A stretch of 61,144 nt of DNA, filler included, from Basidioascus undulatus (GCA_000826855.1; 8 parts of 8 records of this genome joined end to end with filler, not necessarily neighbours in it); one strand, 5' to 3'. Shown: positions 41,889 through 54,830, numbered from the whole stretch's first letter. Translations and numbers: made by a program. Notes: generated by a model not told the origin, from the sequence alone.

Positions 41889-42674
41889 ATGTCCCTCACC
41901 ACGTATTTGTACGTCTTCTCTCCTGGATCCTCGGAGGTGCACGCTTACGGAGAGCTGTCGATGCAGCGCCGACCCATTCGTGGACTTCCAGCGCTTCTTC
42001 GATGAGGCCATTGCCCAGCGTGGGGCCAAGGAGGCTCGGGGGGATGAAAGCGGTGTCAAGGGCGTCATTCGTCCCAAGTACGTCTAATTCTCAGAGCGAT
42101 GTGAGGCCAGTGGTCGGGGCTTGAAGTTCATTCAAAGCGCGAGGATAGGATGGATGTGAAGGAGACGGATGACAAGGTCGAGGCTACTCGTACGTCCAGT
42201 CATCCGTTCCTTATCGCTCACAATGGCTCCAACACCCCCGCGCGACAGTCGAGCTGCCCGGCGTGAAGAAGGACGGCGTGCACATCAACCTCAACGAGGG
42301 GAGGCTCGTCATTTCGGGCGAGGCCAAGGTCAGATGGTGATTCTTAGGGAACTTCTGTTATCATGTACTTGACCTAGCGACCCTTAGGAGGAGGAGGAGA
42401 AAAAGCAGGGCGGCTTCGTCGTCAGAGAGCGCCGCTACGGCCACTTCTCCCGCTCGCTTCCCGTCCCGCCCGGCATCAAGCCCGAGGACATCAAGGCTCG
42501 TCCTTTGCTCCATACATGATACCCCATATTAATCAAACTCTCTATAATTTGGCACCGACTCTGATGTATGCGGCGTCCGGGACTTTACAGGCCAAGATGG
42601 ACAACGGCGTCCTTCGCGTCGAATATCCGAAGCGCAGTCAGCAGGAGCAGCAGAAGCGCATCAACGTCGAGTAG
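41889..42674 (+). CDS. Small heat-shock protein (HSP20/alpha-crystallin family)
   Basis: DPFVDFQRFFDEA...IRPKMDVKETDDKVEATLELPGVKKDGVHINLNEGRLVISGEAK...VRERRYGHFSRSLPVPPGIKPEDIKAKMDNGVLRVEYPK...KRINVE*. Confidence 0.93.
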
Positions 42675-43514
42675 CTAAAAAACACTCAAGACTTCCAAAT
42701 GTCTGAGCAAACGATGGCAGGTAGGGGTGAATGAGCGCAGTGTCGGCGAGCAAAACGTGTACGAGCCTATGTGAACGAGGTGGCAATGCATGACCTGAAA
42801 TAGCCCGTTTGTATTTGGTAGTCTAAACGAGGAGGTAAAAGGTCCAGCACTTCCGGAGCACACTCATAGCATCAGATTGTGAACTCGCTGGTGCCGACCA
42901 TCACGGCTGAAAACTTCAGGACGCATCCCTGTCCGATCAAAAGAGTACCTTTGCCCTTCAGTTATCCGTACTGTAGGTTACACTGGAATTTTTTCATTTA
43001 CAAATGATACGTTGAAAGCTTATGGGATTACTGTTACTGCAGACGACGAACAGTTCCCCTGGCCGCAGAATGTGGGCACTGCATGGGGTGTGCACGGCTC
43101 GCATGGCAGACGCGACATGCGAGCGCGACTTGACCGAACTTCTTGATCCTGTAAGCAATAGAAAGCAACTATATGGCTACTTTAATCATTATATTGGTCC
43201 AAGTGTGCCAACAACGATACGACCAAAGCGTGCCGAAGCCCTATTCGAGACGAGACAATGAGAGGCCCCCTCAAGAAAAAAATACCCACCCCGCCAACCG
43301 ACTTGAAGTGGCTAGTTTTTGTTGTTTGGATCTCTGGATCAGTGTCAAACGTAAACATGTCCTGCATACAGGACCTCGTGTGCGTCCTGGGCGCACATAA
43401 AGGCCTCGTCTCGCACCGCACCCAGCCCTTCCTCACCCCACAAACCGACACCCTCCAACTATATTACCTTACTCTGTCCCTCGACCCACCACACCTAATC
43501 CTCCTCACTCCACA

Positions 43515-44112
43515 ATGCGCCTCTTTCTTCTCGGCTTGCTCCCCCTCGTCGTCCTCTGCATCTCCCCCGTCTCCGCCACCACCCCGTCGCGGCGCGAGCT
43601 GCCGGACGTCGCTAGCGATGTGGAGCTTGTCGAGAAGGTCGTTGGGGGGAAAGGACACAAGGGGTACAAGAGTCCTAGGAGGGTGAGTACTTCTCGTCCG
43701 CCTGAACGATACCTCACGAGCTTCCAAAGCAAACCCACTGACTGCACCGCTCTTCCCAACTACGCAGGACGTCTGCGACCCGGGGAACTTCCTTCAAGAC
43801 ACCACATTCCGGCTCACTGTCAACTTCCCGCAACTCACCTCGTCCATGACACAAGTGGCCACGCCCGCAGACTGCTGTGCGTCGTGCGTGGCGACGCCGG
43901 GGTGCATCGCCTGGCTCTTTCTCCCTGATGGTCAATGCTTCTCTACTTTCGTTTCCAATCCTGCCCCATCCTCAACACTTCCGGGATGTTCTGCGGGCAT
44001 CGTCGATATTATCACCGAGCCTATACTTTACCCTTCGTCCTGGCCAATGCACGGGCAAAGTCACGCCGGCGTAGTAGCTCTACATCACTTTATCGGCGTT
44101 CCACTCGTGTAA
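43515..44112 (+). CDS. Small secreted Cys-rich protein with a PAN/apple-like motif (2 exons)
   Basis: Signal peptide MRLFLLGLLPLVVLCISPVSA, dibasic RR sites, an intron from GTGAGT to GCAG, then DVCDPGNF...TPADCCASCVATPGCIAWLFLPDGQCF in frame. Confidence 0.7.
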
Positions 44113-45418
44113 TTCCTTCCTTATTTTGATCTGTACATTTGTTCAAGTCTACTCCCCTCCTACATATCTTTATCTCACTGTTTTCTGTCCTCCAGCTCTG
44201 CAGTCTATGCACAGTGCTCCGTGCCGGCGTTTGTAGCTCTTGAATTTTGAGGCACAGCTTCTGGCGCTACACGCTACGGATGCCTGACTTCGAACTCCTC
44301 TCCATTGGGTAAATAGAAGCGGAAGGGCGATGATGCGCTGTGAAAAGGCACTCCCTTCATCCTTATGTGCAACGTACTAGCGAGTGGGCGGTCGACAAGT
44401 CCCCGCATCGTCGCGCGGTGGTCGTACCCGTTGATAGTTTTGGTCAATGTACTGCTGGCTATCAAATTCGGGAGGCAGTTAGAATGGGAGGTAGTAAGAA
44501 TGTAGGGTGTCCGTCCGTTCAAGTCCATTACGAACATGCCAGTGAGCAAGGAGGTGGTGTCCCCCGGTGAGGCGCTGCAGGTGGCAACTTTCTAGAAATT
44601 GCTTCAAGGCCCCTACCCACTGATAAAGTTGCCACAGCGCAGCGCCAACATCCAGCACTGCCTAGCCTGGGTGCGGAGGGTTATTGAAAAATTGACTGTG
44701 ACCGGGCATGTCAGTGCGGACTCAGTGAAGGCGGTGCCGTTGAGTTGATCACGGCCACGCGGACGGCGGACTTGGCTGTCGTGATGCTTTTTAGAGCTTG
44801 TTCGAGCGACAATGACACCCGTCGTCCTCATGACGAACAGGAAAGTACACTTTCCGTAATTTGAGCGGAGAGGACCAAATAATAGACGCAAGAGGCTCGA
44901 GAGTAGCGGTTGAAATGTGTATCACGGTGGATGTGTCACAATCACGAAGGGGGCCTGGAGTCAGGACCAAGCAAACAGACGGTTCTGTGGCAAGCTCTCG
45001 TTTTACCCACAGATTGAGGAGTCCTACGTGATCTTGCATGAGATGCACGGGTAATTTCATTGTGTTATCGGTGAATGGCGGTGCTGAAGGAGTGAGTCAA
45101 AGCAAATGAAAGAAAGGCAGTCCGAGTCACAGCGTCTGTCGGCTTGACGTGACCGAAAGGGCCAGGTCTCGCCTTTCGACTGCGGGAGCCGAGTCGAACG
45201 GCGGTGCGCTTGTTCGTCCATTCCACTCACCGCCATCTCCTCGCTGCACTCGCCTAGTCACACTCACACTCACACCCGCTCGCCCACCGCCGCCGGTTTA
45301 TACACGAAAAGCTACCCACCTTTTCACCCAAAAGCACTCCGCAAAAGCGCCTTACTGCGCGGGCAAGACTAGGCTCTTACTCGCCAGCCAAGCGCGCAGT
45401 GTACTCGATCCTCGAGCG

Positions 45419-45553
45419 ATGCGCCCCACGACTCGCAATCCGCTTCTCCTCGCCTCTGCCGCCGCCGCCGCCTCGACCGAGCTCTCTATTTCCAAGCCCA
45501 TCACCGTCTCCATGAACTCCGCCATCCTCTCGGTCGCCGTCGCGGCGCAGTAA
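45419..45553 (+). CDS. 44-aa small ORF, candidate upstream ORF of a gene lying beyond the contig end
   Basis: MRPTTRNPLLLASAAAAASTELSISKPITVSMNSAILSVAVAAQ* with strong C-ending codon bias, followed by an intron-like segment and an ATG-free CA-rich leader. Confidence 0.5.
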   Translation: MRPTTRNPLLLASAAAAASTELSISKPITVSMNSAILSVAVAAQ

Positions 45554-45764
45554 GCGCCCCGATCCTATCAAAACGCACCCAAACCCCCGTCCGGTGCGTG
45601 ACTACCCTTAGCCCGTCTTCCTTCTTGCACCGTCTTTCTCCCACCGCCACACACACACACTCATGAGCATTTGATTAATCTACAGTCCGCCGGCCGGGCA
45701 CTGTAACATCGCATATCGACTTAGAAGAACCTCGCTTCATACTCGCCACACACACACCCCATCT

Positions 45765-45765
<1 letters not shown>

Positions 45766-45805
<40 letters not shown>

Positions 45806-45806
45806 C
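45766..45806 (+). repeat. (CA)n microsatellite
   Basis: Read directly from the sequence. Confidence 0.95.
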
Positions 45807-45953
45807 CCTTCCTCATCCCCGCCCACACCTTCGACCAAGGCCGAGTGCAAGCTNNNNNNNNNNNNNNNNNNNNNNNNNNNNNNNNNNNNNNNNNNNNTTA
45901 ATTAATTAANNNNNNNNNNNNNNNNNNNNNNNNNNNNNNNNNNNNNNNNNNNN

Positions 45954-46619
45954 CCTGCTCGGCTACCCGGACCTCAAGGCCCGCCTCGAGAAGGAGGGCA
46001 AGCCGGTGATTCCTCACTCGCCTGCAGGAGGTCAACGACTACCCTGCGATATTGGCTCGGTATGTCTATTCCTTTGATACTTCACCTTCCGCAGTCGATC
46101 GCTCAACAGAAGGGGGTGCCGAACACAGAGATCCGGCCGACCTCAAGGCGGACCCAGAGTTCGCGTCTCAGGACTTCGGCGAAGTTGAGGAGGGCTGGAA
46201 CAGAAAGCAGGGCGACTACGCGCCTGCCAACGCTGTGAAGCGCGTGCAGTGGGTGCGGAGGTGGCTGAGGGACAAGCCGGAAAAGGAGATCGTTGGTGAG
46301 TCGCCTGCTTTGTGTGAGGGTACTCATCTTGGGCAGGAACCTGACAGGGAAGACTTGCTGTGCAGTCGTTGCGCAAGGGAACATCTTGCGTTACATTACC
46401 GAGGGTCAACGAGCCGGTAAAGTCTGTCTTCCTCACTCTTTGCCTTCTTCCCTTCTGTATCTGACCAACATCCCAATACAGCCCTCGGCAAACGCCGAAG
46501 TCCGCAAGTACATCTTCGCCTCAGACTCGGACGAGGAGGCCCTCGTCGTCTCGCTCGGCACAGAGGCCCAGATCGGCGAAATGGCGCTGACGAGCTCCTC
46601 TCACAAATTCCGCCACTAG
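45954..46619 (+). pseudogene. Histidine-phosphatase/phosphoglycerate-mutase-like gene, 3' part, probably inactivated
   Basis: LQEVNDYPCDIGS, WVRRWLRDKPEKEIV|VVAQGNILRYITEG, ANAEVRKYIF. Frameshift near 46010, and AQG at the site where the family has the second catalytic His (xHG). Confidence 0.75.
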
Positions 46620-48475
46620 GGAGCCTCTGTCGAGCAGCCATAGATGTGAATTGTGATGCAGTCATGGATGATTCTGGCGACTTTCGTTTGACGAAAGTGT
46701 ATCAAGTCGACTTTGGGCCTTCAATCACACCAACCCCTGTGAACATGGCAGCGGCGGCTAATTCCTCTGCATCATCCGTGAACTCCACTGCGTCGAACGT
46801 CGACGCGTCGACGGCTAGCGTGGCTTTCACTGCACTGTCAACGGCGCCTTCCACACGCGCCGCAAATTTGAGCTCTTCACTTTTGTAATTTAACTATCAG
46901 GCCCGATGCTGATTGTATTGCTTATGCGACTTTAGACTCGAGCGCCGTCGTAATTTCACCTTGATCTGAGATGTCTCAAGGACGGAAGGGCTCTGTCGAC
47001 GTCGTGTCGCTTTTCGCTGCGTTGATTGTCTGTTGGGATAAACCCTCTACCTTGAATTTTGTTCGCATTTCTCGTCCTATGGAGGCATTACTGTAACGGG
47101 GACGAATGAATCTCTACGATTCTGAATCTGCGGCAAGGGTGGTACTACCTTGCCCTAATGCTTCGGCATTTGAAAATGTTCGATGAGGCGACCCTGACGG
47201 CAGCTAGCCACAGCCGGGGGTGTGGAAACGGATAAAGGCAAAATCCAAAGGTATTGAGCTGTGGGCTTATCGCGATCCTCCAAATAAAGCGAGGAAAGCA
47301 GCTTCCCTCAAGACGGTCATCTCCCATTCGCCTCTGCGTTCCCTCTATCTCTGACTCCCCCGCGCACACCCGGCGCGTCCCTCAAATACTATATGCGGTA
47401 CCCGCCGCACATACTAATCCCAGCGAGGAATGTAGCGCAAGCCTGCCTGCTACAGTAACTCTGAATGCAATCGCTTCGGCGGGGAGGTGCAAGAGAAGCA
47501 AGGGCACAAGGGATACGCATATGACCCCTTCAACTCTTTCTTGCTATTGCTCATGAAGAGGGATACAGAAAAGGAAGAAGTCTCATACCGCCGCTCATGT
47601 CACCCAGTCCGGGCCTAGCTATATCAAAATTTTCCGTCGTCGAGCGTGATGCAGTCCGCCCAACGTGGCCCACCTCCTGTCCCTCTTGTCACGATTTGGC
47701 GTCTTCTTTTCTATGTTGTTTAAGGCATGCTTCAGTTGAAGGGGGGCAGGGTGACAGTTAACCTGCATCGTCAGATTTGCATGATGGTGTATCTGCAAGG
47801 ATCGGCGCTGGCAGCGGTCACGAGCGCGTCGGAGCGCGTGACCCCGCCCACTCTTGTCCTGCCTTGTCTGTAGCATTACAGTACGTCGCAGATGGAAGAG
47901 CGAGGCACAAAGGGAGGGGCAAATGGCGCAAAATGGCGAAATGGCGTCGATTCAGCGGAGCTGTCAAAAACGGCCCTCAACAGAAGCGCAGACTTTCATC
48001 TCTCAGCGTTCAGCGCTCCCCGATCTAAAGCATTAAGTTTCATTTCTCATATTACAATCTAGGGTCTACAAGCGTTTTGGTGCCGTATTTGATGTTGTAC
48101 TCGCCGCGTTTGTGACTTGCATCGAGGGTGTCGGACCTTTCTTGACTGCGAAGCCGCGTCACGACTGCTCAGATTGCGTGCTCGCTCCTTGCGGCATTCC
48201 AGGCATTCTGCCGGTTTGTCCTTCATCTTCCGCACACGGCACGTCAAAAACCTCCTTCGATCCCCGCCAAGTCTCAAAACATCGCAACTGAATCGTACAT
48301 TCGCAACGGCACGCACGCTCTGAGGAATCTCCCAGAGTCACCGCCACTCCCCTCTCTCCTACGCCCTCCCCCCGCCGACTTCCCGCTCTTTCTGGTGCTC
48401 TTTGTCGCCAGCGACGACAATCGATTGAGGCCCCGTTGAAGACGCCCACGACAAGTACACGTTACTTGTGCAATC

Positions 48476-49834
48476 ATGCCGCTCTCGTGGCTCGATATCC
48501 TCAACAAGCCGTCCGTCCTCAGCTCGTCCTTGTAAACGACACTTTTGGCCGATATGCTGACCCGCTTGTCTTTTTAATCTCACATATTTCAGTATCTTCG
48601 AGGGTGAGGATGCGACCCTCGACTACTCGCGCGAGGAAGCGGAGTCGGAGCTCTTTGCGTGGCAGAACGTCCAGTTCAACTTCGACGAAACAGTGCGTCC
48701 CCTAAATTCCCTGGACACGCAACGCCCGAATGAGCGTAAATTTGCATATGTCTCTCTATCCCAAAGCCCGGAACAGCCGCTCCTGAGTGGGATGACGAGA
48801 AGATCCGCGTGAGCAGCCCCACGTCGTCGATCTCCTCGGCGGCGTCCTCGACGAGCTCGTTTGTCCCGCCCTCGGGCTGGGCCATCCCCGGCCGTCCCCT
48901 TCGCGCCGATCCCGAGCCGTCGTTCGAGCAGACGCTCGCCCCTGTCTCCCAGCAGACCGCTGTCGCCAAGCAGGACACGCCGGCTGCCAAGTTCCACGCG
49001 TACCCGCTCACGCTGCAGCACGCCACTGCCACGCCCGCCAACGTCCAGTCGCCGTGGCAGGACGAGCCATCGCACGACCAGCGCTATGCGGCCTCGCGCG
49101 ACAAGCGCGGCTACGCTGCCATCTACCGCTCGCAGCCCATCCGCGCGCCGTTCCTGCCCTCCGCGCCCGCGCCCGCTCCCACCGTCAAGTCGGCCGTCCC
49201 GCAGGAGGACGCCAAGCCTTCGATGGACCTGCCTCAGTCGGAGCGCTTGGTTTTTCTGGCCAAGCTTGAGGCTCAGGAGGCGGAAGCGAAGACCAAGGTT
49301 GCGGTGGGGCCGGTTGGAGGGGGAGACGTGGATGAGGAGGAGCGTCGTCGTGCCAGTGAGTCTCCCGGTGTTGCCCCCTCATTGACATTTGCTGAAACTT
49401 TCAGGCATTGGAACGTTTGTGCTAGTACTTGAAGACCGCAAGCGCCGCAATACCGAAGCCTCCGCCCGCTTCAGGGCTAAGAAGAAGGCGCAGGAGGAGG
49501 CGACCGAGAAGCTGGTAATTGTCCCTGCGGAGATTTCGGCCACGCGATCGTGTCCTGATAGATGAACGCAGGTCGACGACCTACAGGAGCGGGCTATTCA
49601 TCTCGAAAGCGAGATAAAGGACCTCAAGCGCGAGAACGAGTGGTGAGTCGCAGGCTGCGTGTTCTTTCTAGGCTGTGCGTTCACCGGACTGCTTGCTCAT
49701 TCCCATCCCCGCCTTCCAGGCTCAAGTCCCTCATCGTGGTGAAGCAGCCCCGCCGTGTCGCTTCGAAGGGTCCTTTCGCCGGCCTCGCGGACGACGAAGA
49801 GCCCGAGCGCGGTCGCCGCCGCTACCGCAATTGA
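48476..49834 (+). CDS. bZIP transcription factor, MetR/CYS-3/Zip1-like (sulfur regulator family)
   Basis: Basic region EDRKRRNTEASARFRAKKK, zipper ending KRENEWLKSLI, and an N-terminal ELFAWQNVQFNFD resembling the conserved MetR N-terminal motif. Introns look canonical. Confidence 0.82.
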
Positions 49835-50347
49835 ACGCTGCTTCTGAGGGCCGGATTTGCGGCAGCTTGTTTCAAGCTTGGCCAGCGGCCTGTACGGATC
49901 GGACTGCGACGTTGCCACATGTGATACATCTTCCCTCAACTTTGAATGATTGCATTGTAGAAATCCGCCGATGGTATCCTCCTCAGCAAGGGGAGCTCAA
50001 AAATGGAAGATTAATTTCTTTCGCAGCGGATCGCGACGACTGGCCAGGCCGGCCAGGGCAACAGCGCGCACCACAAAGTTGTCCGGGAATTTTCTCAAAT
50101 TCCTTGGATCAGAAGGTACACAGCCCGGTTCAAAAGAAGCGTTCTTCAGGCTACAGGGGTGAAGGGGCAGATCAACGCGTGCAGTCCGAAGCGGAAGTTC
50201 GAAGGGGCACACCGCCTCGTTCCGCCCGCGTCCCTGCCTTGCCTTCTTACCACGACCGGCTCATTTCCTATCATCCAGCTTGAGAAATTTGCCCCTTGAT
50301 TACACTGCCGGAAATTACCAGCTCCCTTCAGTGGGCGCGCAGATATC

Positions 50348-52832
50348 ATGTCCCCCCCCAGCGACATCTCCGTCGAGCTCGAGCGCCCGCTGCGCGTCGT
50401 TCTCAGCTCGGCCACGGCGCTGGCGGTTCTGCTTGGCCTCTTCGTCCGCAACACCCTGGTCGCAGGCAGTATTGTCCGTGGGCGCTGCCAAGGAGATGTC
50501 CGGGACCAGCGCTTGGTCAAGGTGCTTCTAGCGAGCCAGATCTTGGGCGTCGTGAGGTGCGGCGTCGGGCTCGGTGGGCTGTACGACTGGGAGGGGGTCG
50601 CGAGCTGTAGAGGATGAGTCTAGCTCCGGGCTCTATACTCTTATACGGAACGCTGGGTCTATGGGCCATCTATGCGTTTGAAGCTTCTTCCGTCTCAGTC
50701 CTTCATGTGCCTACCGACTCTCGGCTGAAACGCGCTCTTTCCCCCAGGCTCAACTTCGTCGCGATTCTCAGCTTGAATATCTCCCTCACTCTCATCCTCT
50801 CCGGGTACGCTCATGCTCTCCGAGTCCCCACCGTTGTGGCCGCGCTGACCCTTACTCCTACGGCAGGATTTGCGGCTTGAAAGCTTGTCCGTCACGCTCC
50901 TGCTGCACTGCAGCCTGCTCGAAAGATCGAAAGGCCGCCATGGAACTGACGAAACTCTTCAGACATCTTCCTCTCACGCTCCATACTCGTTGCGATTGTA
51001 CTCTACGTGCACTCCGTAGCGTTTGTTGCAGCGATCATCGTCGACCTCATCTTCACGACGCACCTCCGCACGATCCTCAGTACGGCTCCACTGCCTCGTC
51101 GAGCGACCACCTTGCTAAGGCCTCTTCTTCTTGTCCCTTCAGATGTCTGCAGCGTGGACCGCTCCAGATACCGGCTCCCCTCCCTCCTCATCCTCTTCTC
51201 TGAAGCGCTATTCGTCTCCGCCTGCATCGCTCTCACGCTCTACCGCTCCTACGCACGCGACGAGTCCTTGGCGCAGCCACTCCCCTTACTGACCTCCCCC
51301 GGCACCGGAACAGCTACAGCTTGGGAAGCACCACCCTTCAAGGGCCGCCCGAGCCAGTCAAGGCTGACCTCCCCGCCAGCCCGCGGCGCAACGCGTTCGA
51401 CAGCCCCGCGATGCCCGACCGCAGCCTGTCTTGCTACTACCCGCACCTCTTCCTCAACACCGACCCGTTCGCCGCCTCGCCCACCCAGGAGCCTACCTCG
51501 CGCTTCTCAGAATGGTCCTATCCTGCTACTCCGAGGCCCAGGCTGCAGCGCCGGCTGAGCGGCCTGCGGGTGCACATCCCGATGCTGCGGCAGGCAGTGG
51601 AAGTGGCGGGGCAGGGCGACGGCAGACCGTCGAGGCTGGTGCTGCAGGTCGTCAAAAGCGAGCTGGTGCTCAGCTTGGCGGTCATGCTCCTGATTGCCGG
51701 GCTCGGTGTTCTGGCGGTCCTCCCATGTGGAGGGTGCGGGAGAGGATGGGCGAAGGCAGTGGCGCATTCGGGCTCGCGAGCCAAATCGCGTTCGATCTGC
51801 ACGGTACGTGGTGAAAGCTCTGGCAGTCCTTGGACCATACTGACCGAAGTTGAACAGGTGGTATCACGTCTTTTCTTGTAAGTGAAAGTCTTGCTTAGCC
51901 GCCCCGCTTTTCAACGAGGTCGATCGTGACAGGTCACCGAATCGCTCGCGAACTAGCACCGCGCCCACCGCCGGCGCGAAGCGCTTCTTTCCCCCGCGAC
52001 GACGCGCTCGCAGCTGAGCTCCGCAACGTCGCCCTCAAGCGTCCGACGCCCCTCCCTCCTCAAGTCGACGCCGTACCTCTCCGAGCCGAGCGAGTCGCGC
52101 ACGCACCTCGTCTCGCACTCGCAGGAGTCCAACGCGTTCAGCTGAGTCGACCCGGACCACCTCCCGCCGCTGGACGACCCGGTCGAGGTTGTCGATATCG
52201 TACAGCATGCGCTTACTTCCCCTTCCGCCCCTGGGGGACGGCAGGTCCGCTTCGGGGAAAAGGAGGCGGTCAAGACGCCGCAAACGCCGGCGGCTGCGCC
52301 TTCGCCCCCTCTAGCGACCGTCGCTCCCACCATCCCTTGCATCCCAGTCTCGCCTTCTCCCCCAAAGCGTCCCCCGACACTCTCCCGCAACAGCTCGCTC
52401 CGTCTCCCGCCGAGCGCAGCCTTCTCCGAGCTCTGCATCCGTGACTCGTTCCTCGACCCGGACGGGGACGGCGGAGAGAGCCATACTCGTGCTGGGTCCT
52501 TCGCCTCTGTCGCGTCGTCATCGTACACCGATGTGAACTCCGCGTACGACGCGCCGACGCCGCGCGGGCTGTTCTTCGGGCAGCCCCGGCCGCCGGCTGC
52601 TGCCGCAGAGGCGCCGTTCGTGGGAACAGCCTCCGGAGAGCGTGATCGACCCCGAGATATCATCAGTCCTGGTGCCTCCAGAGTGAAGGAGTCGCGGCAC
52701 GCAGGGTCTCGGCGAGGGCGAGGGAGCTTAGGTGGTGAAAGTGGGGGAGACCTGCAGTCCATTTCGCGTTTCTTTCCTTCTGTCCTCTTGATTCCTTTAC
52801 TTCACTTCACTTCGATTGGGTCTTTGGCGTAG
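50348..52832 (+). CDS. Hypothetical multi-pass membrane protein with a long Ser/Pro-rich C-terminal tail
   Basis: Successive hydrophobic exons (SSATALAVLLGLFVRNTL, LNFVAILSLNISLTLIL, SVAFVAAIIVDLIFT, LLILFSEALFVSACIAL, LVLSLAVMLLIAGLGVLAVL). Exon joins and the 3' end are uncertain. Confidence 0.55.
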
Positions 52833-54483
52833 TTTGAGACTTCCCTTTGCGCGGCTCAGCATTACCTACCTCAGCTCGTTCCTCTTTCACGTCGTTCTTG
52901 AGACCCCGCTTGCTTCCCTCTTGCAGTTTCTCTCCCAACTTCTCGCGCCCTACAAAGCGATACACTGAAATGCCTCAAACTTTGCGCGCATGCTTCCCAA
53001 GGTTATGGACCGAGAAATTATGGCGAGAGCTCGTACACACGTGCAGCGCGCGAGCGCTACCAGTAGGCCTGTGAAATTGAGGCGCAATCTGCTTCAGACA
53101 TGACACGCTCGGACTGCGATCTGCGTTCGAACGATAAATCAAGATATGCGTGTGTGGGATCAAACCATCTAGTGGAGACAACGTAATGATAAGCTGGCTA
53201 CAAAGCATCCACACTCGACGCGAGGGACCATCGCCCGATGGGAAGCGGGGCGGTGCTGGGCGAGGGAGATGTGGTGTGGAGAGACTCTCGAGTGAGAGAT
53301 AAAGAGGAAGAACCAAGAAGACGTCGGTGGGGCATGACAGAGAAGGAAAAGCAAACGAAGCCAAGCGAAAATCGATCAACCCCACCCAGGACCAGCAGCT
53401 TCGTCAGCCATCAGCCAAAAGGAGCAAAAACCAAAAAAGCAAAGGCATGAAGAGTCCTCCCCTCCTTATCCGTATCCGCACCCGGCCCCTTCCCGGGCCT
53501 NNNNNNNNNNNNNNNNNNNNNNNNNNNNNNNNNNNNNNNNNNNNTTAATTAATTAANNNNNNNNNNNNNNNNNNNNNNNNNNNNNNNNNNNNNNNNNNNN
53601 CGCCAACGCTATCCGACTCCGCACTCGCACACACACCCACACATCCCCCTAATCGCACATCGTCGGCCCGCTTCTCCCCTACCCGCCTCGCCCCCCGCCC
53701 CGCCCATCCATCAAAGTCCTCGACAAGTTCCCCGCGCGGGAAACGTTGAGGCTTTGACTGATGGATCTCGCAGACCTCAAAACAGCTACGCGTCTTCTTT
53801 CTCGCCTTCCTAGAAGGCGGCCTGGTCCGCGAGGCCGTCGTGATGCTCCACTTCAGCCTGTGCTGCGCGCGCTACAGGCTCAGCGACGCCCAGAGGTTGT
53901 ACCAGACGCCGATGACGACGGCGACTTCATAGCCCGTTGCTAAACCTGGGATGCATTATCGGACGGGAGGCGAGTGTCGCGCGAGCGCATATACTTTATT
54001 GACTTACGAGCGGCTGCTCTAGTGCACTGTATCGTGAACCTCTCACCGCGGGCGCTTGCTCTTACATCTTCGCGGTTCGACATGCGTGTGCAATCGAACG
54101 GACAACCAACACGCATCTATACTGGTCTTCCGAGCGACGCGATTGGCCCGACTTGAGTGCAGGCAGGATAGCCACCCTGCTGTAACAAGTGACTTGAACG
54201 TCTTGAGTTCCTGTATCCACATCGATCCCATCGGTCCCTTCGTGACGCGTAGTCGTGAAAGGTGGCGACGGCGAAGTTGGCAATGACGATCTGATGGGGT
54301 CTTGCGTGTTGCAGTCTCTGAACATCAAAGATTCCTACATCCCCAGAGGTGCGGAAGCCGTACATCGAATAATAATTGTGCAAAGTAGGTATTACAGAGT
54401 ACAGTGATGTATAATAAGAAGATTGAACAAGTCTGGTGAGGGTACTGAGCACGGCAGGGAGTCCAAGCGCAAGCCGGTATTAG

Positions 54484-54830
54484 TGGTACAACAGGTTCGA
54501 GAAATATATGGGGCTGGTATATGTGTGGTAATTAGGCCCGGGGTTTTAATGAAGCACAGAGAGGACCGGTGAAACGAAGCACAGAAGACAAGAGCGATGG
54601 GGCCGGTGCGATCGGATTACTCGATGCTGAGGTTGACGAGCAGCGCAGCGACCTCCTCGAGGACGGTGGGGTCGACTCGAGAGTCAATATTTTTCCTGTG
54701 GTATCTGGAGGGAAGGGAGGCCACGACGTACGCGTCGCGGCAAACGCCATCGGGACCCTGGGTGAAGACGCTGTTGAGGATGTTCATTAGGACGAAGACG
54801 TCGAGCTCAATGCCAGTGCTGCGAGGGAAC
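54484..54830 (-). pseudogene. Truncated copy (3' exons only) of the repeat-protein gene at 59680-60750
   Basis: Exons TGIELDVFVLMNILNSVFTQGPDGVCRDA and KNIDSRVDPTVLEEVAALLVNLSIE, with nucleotide similarity to 59554-59905 (both contain CCATCGGGACCCTGGGTGAAGACGC). No upstream exons are found before the SDR promoter. Confidence 0.65.

Noticed and set aside
53717..53757. Possible terminal exon LDKFPARETLRL*
   Set aside because: Too short to assign without the upstream contig.
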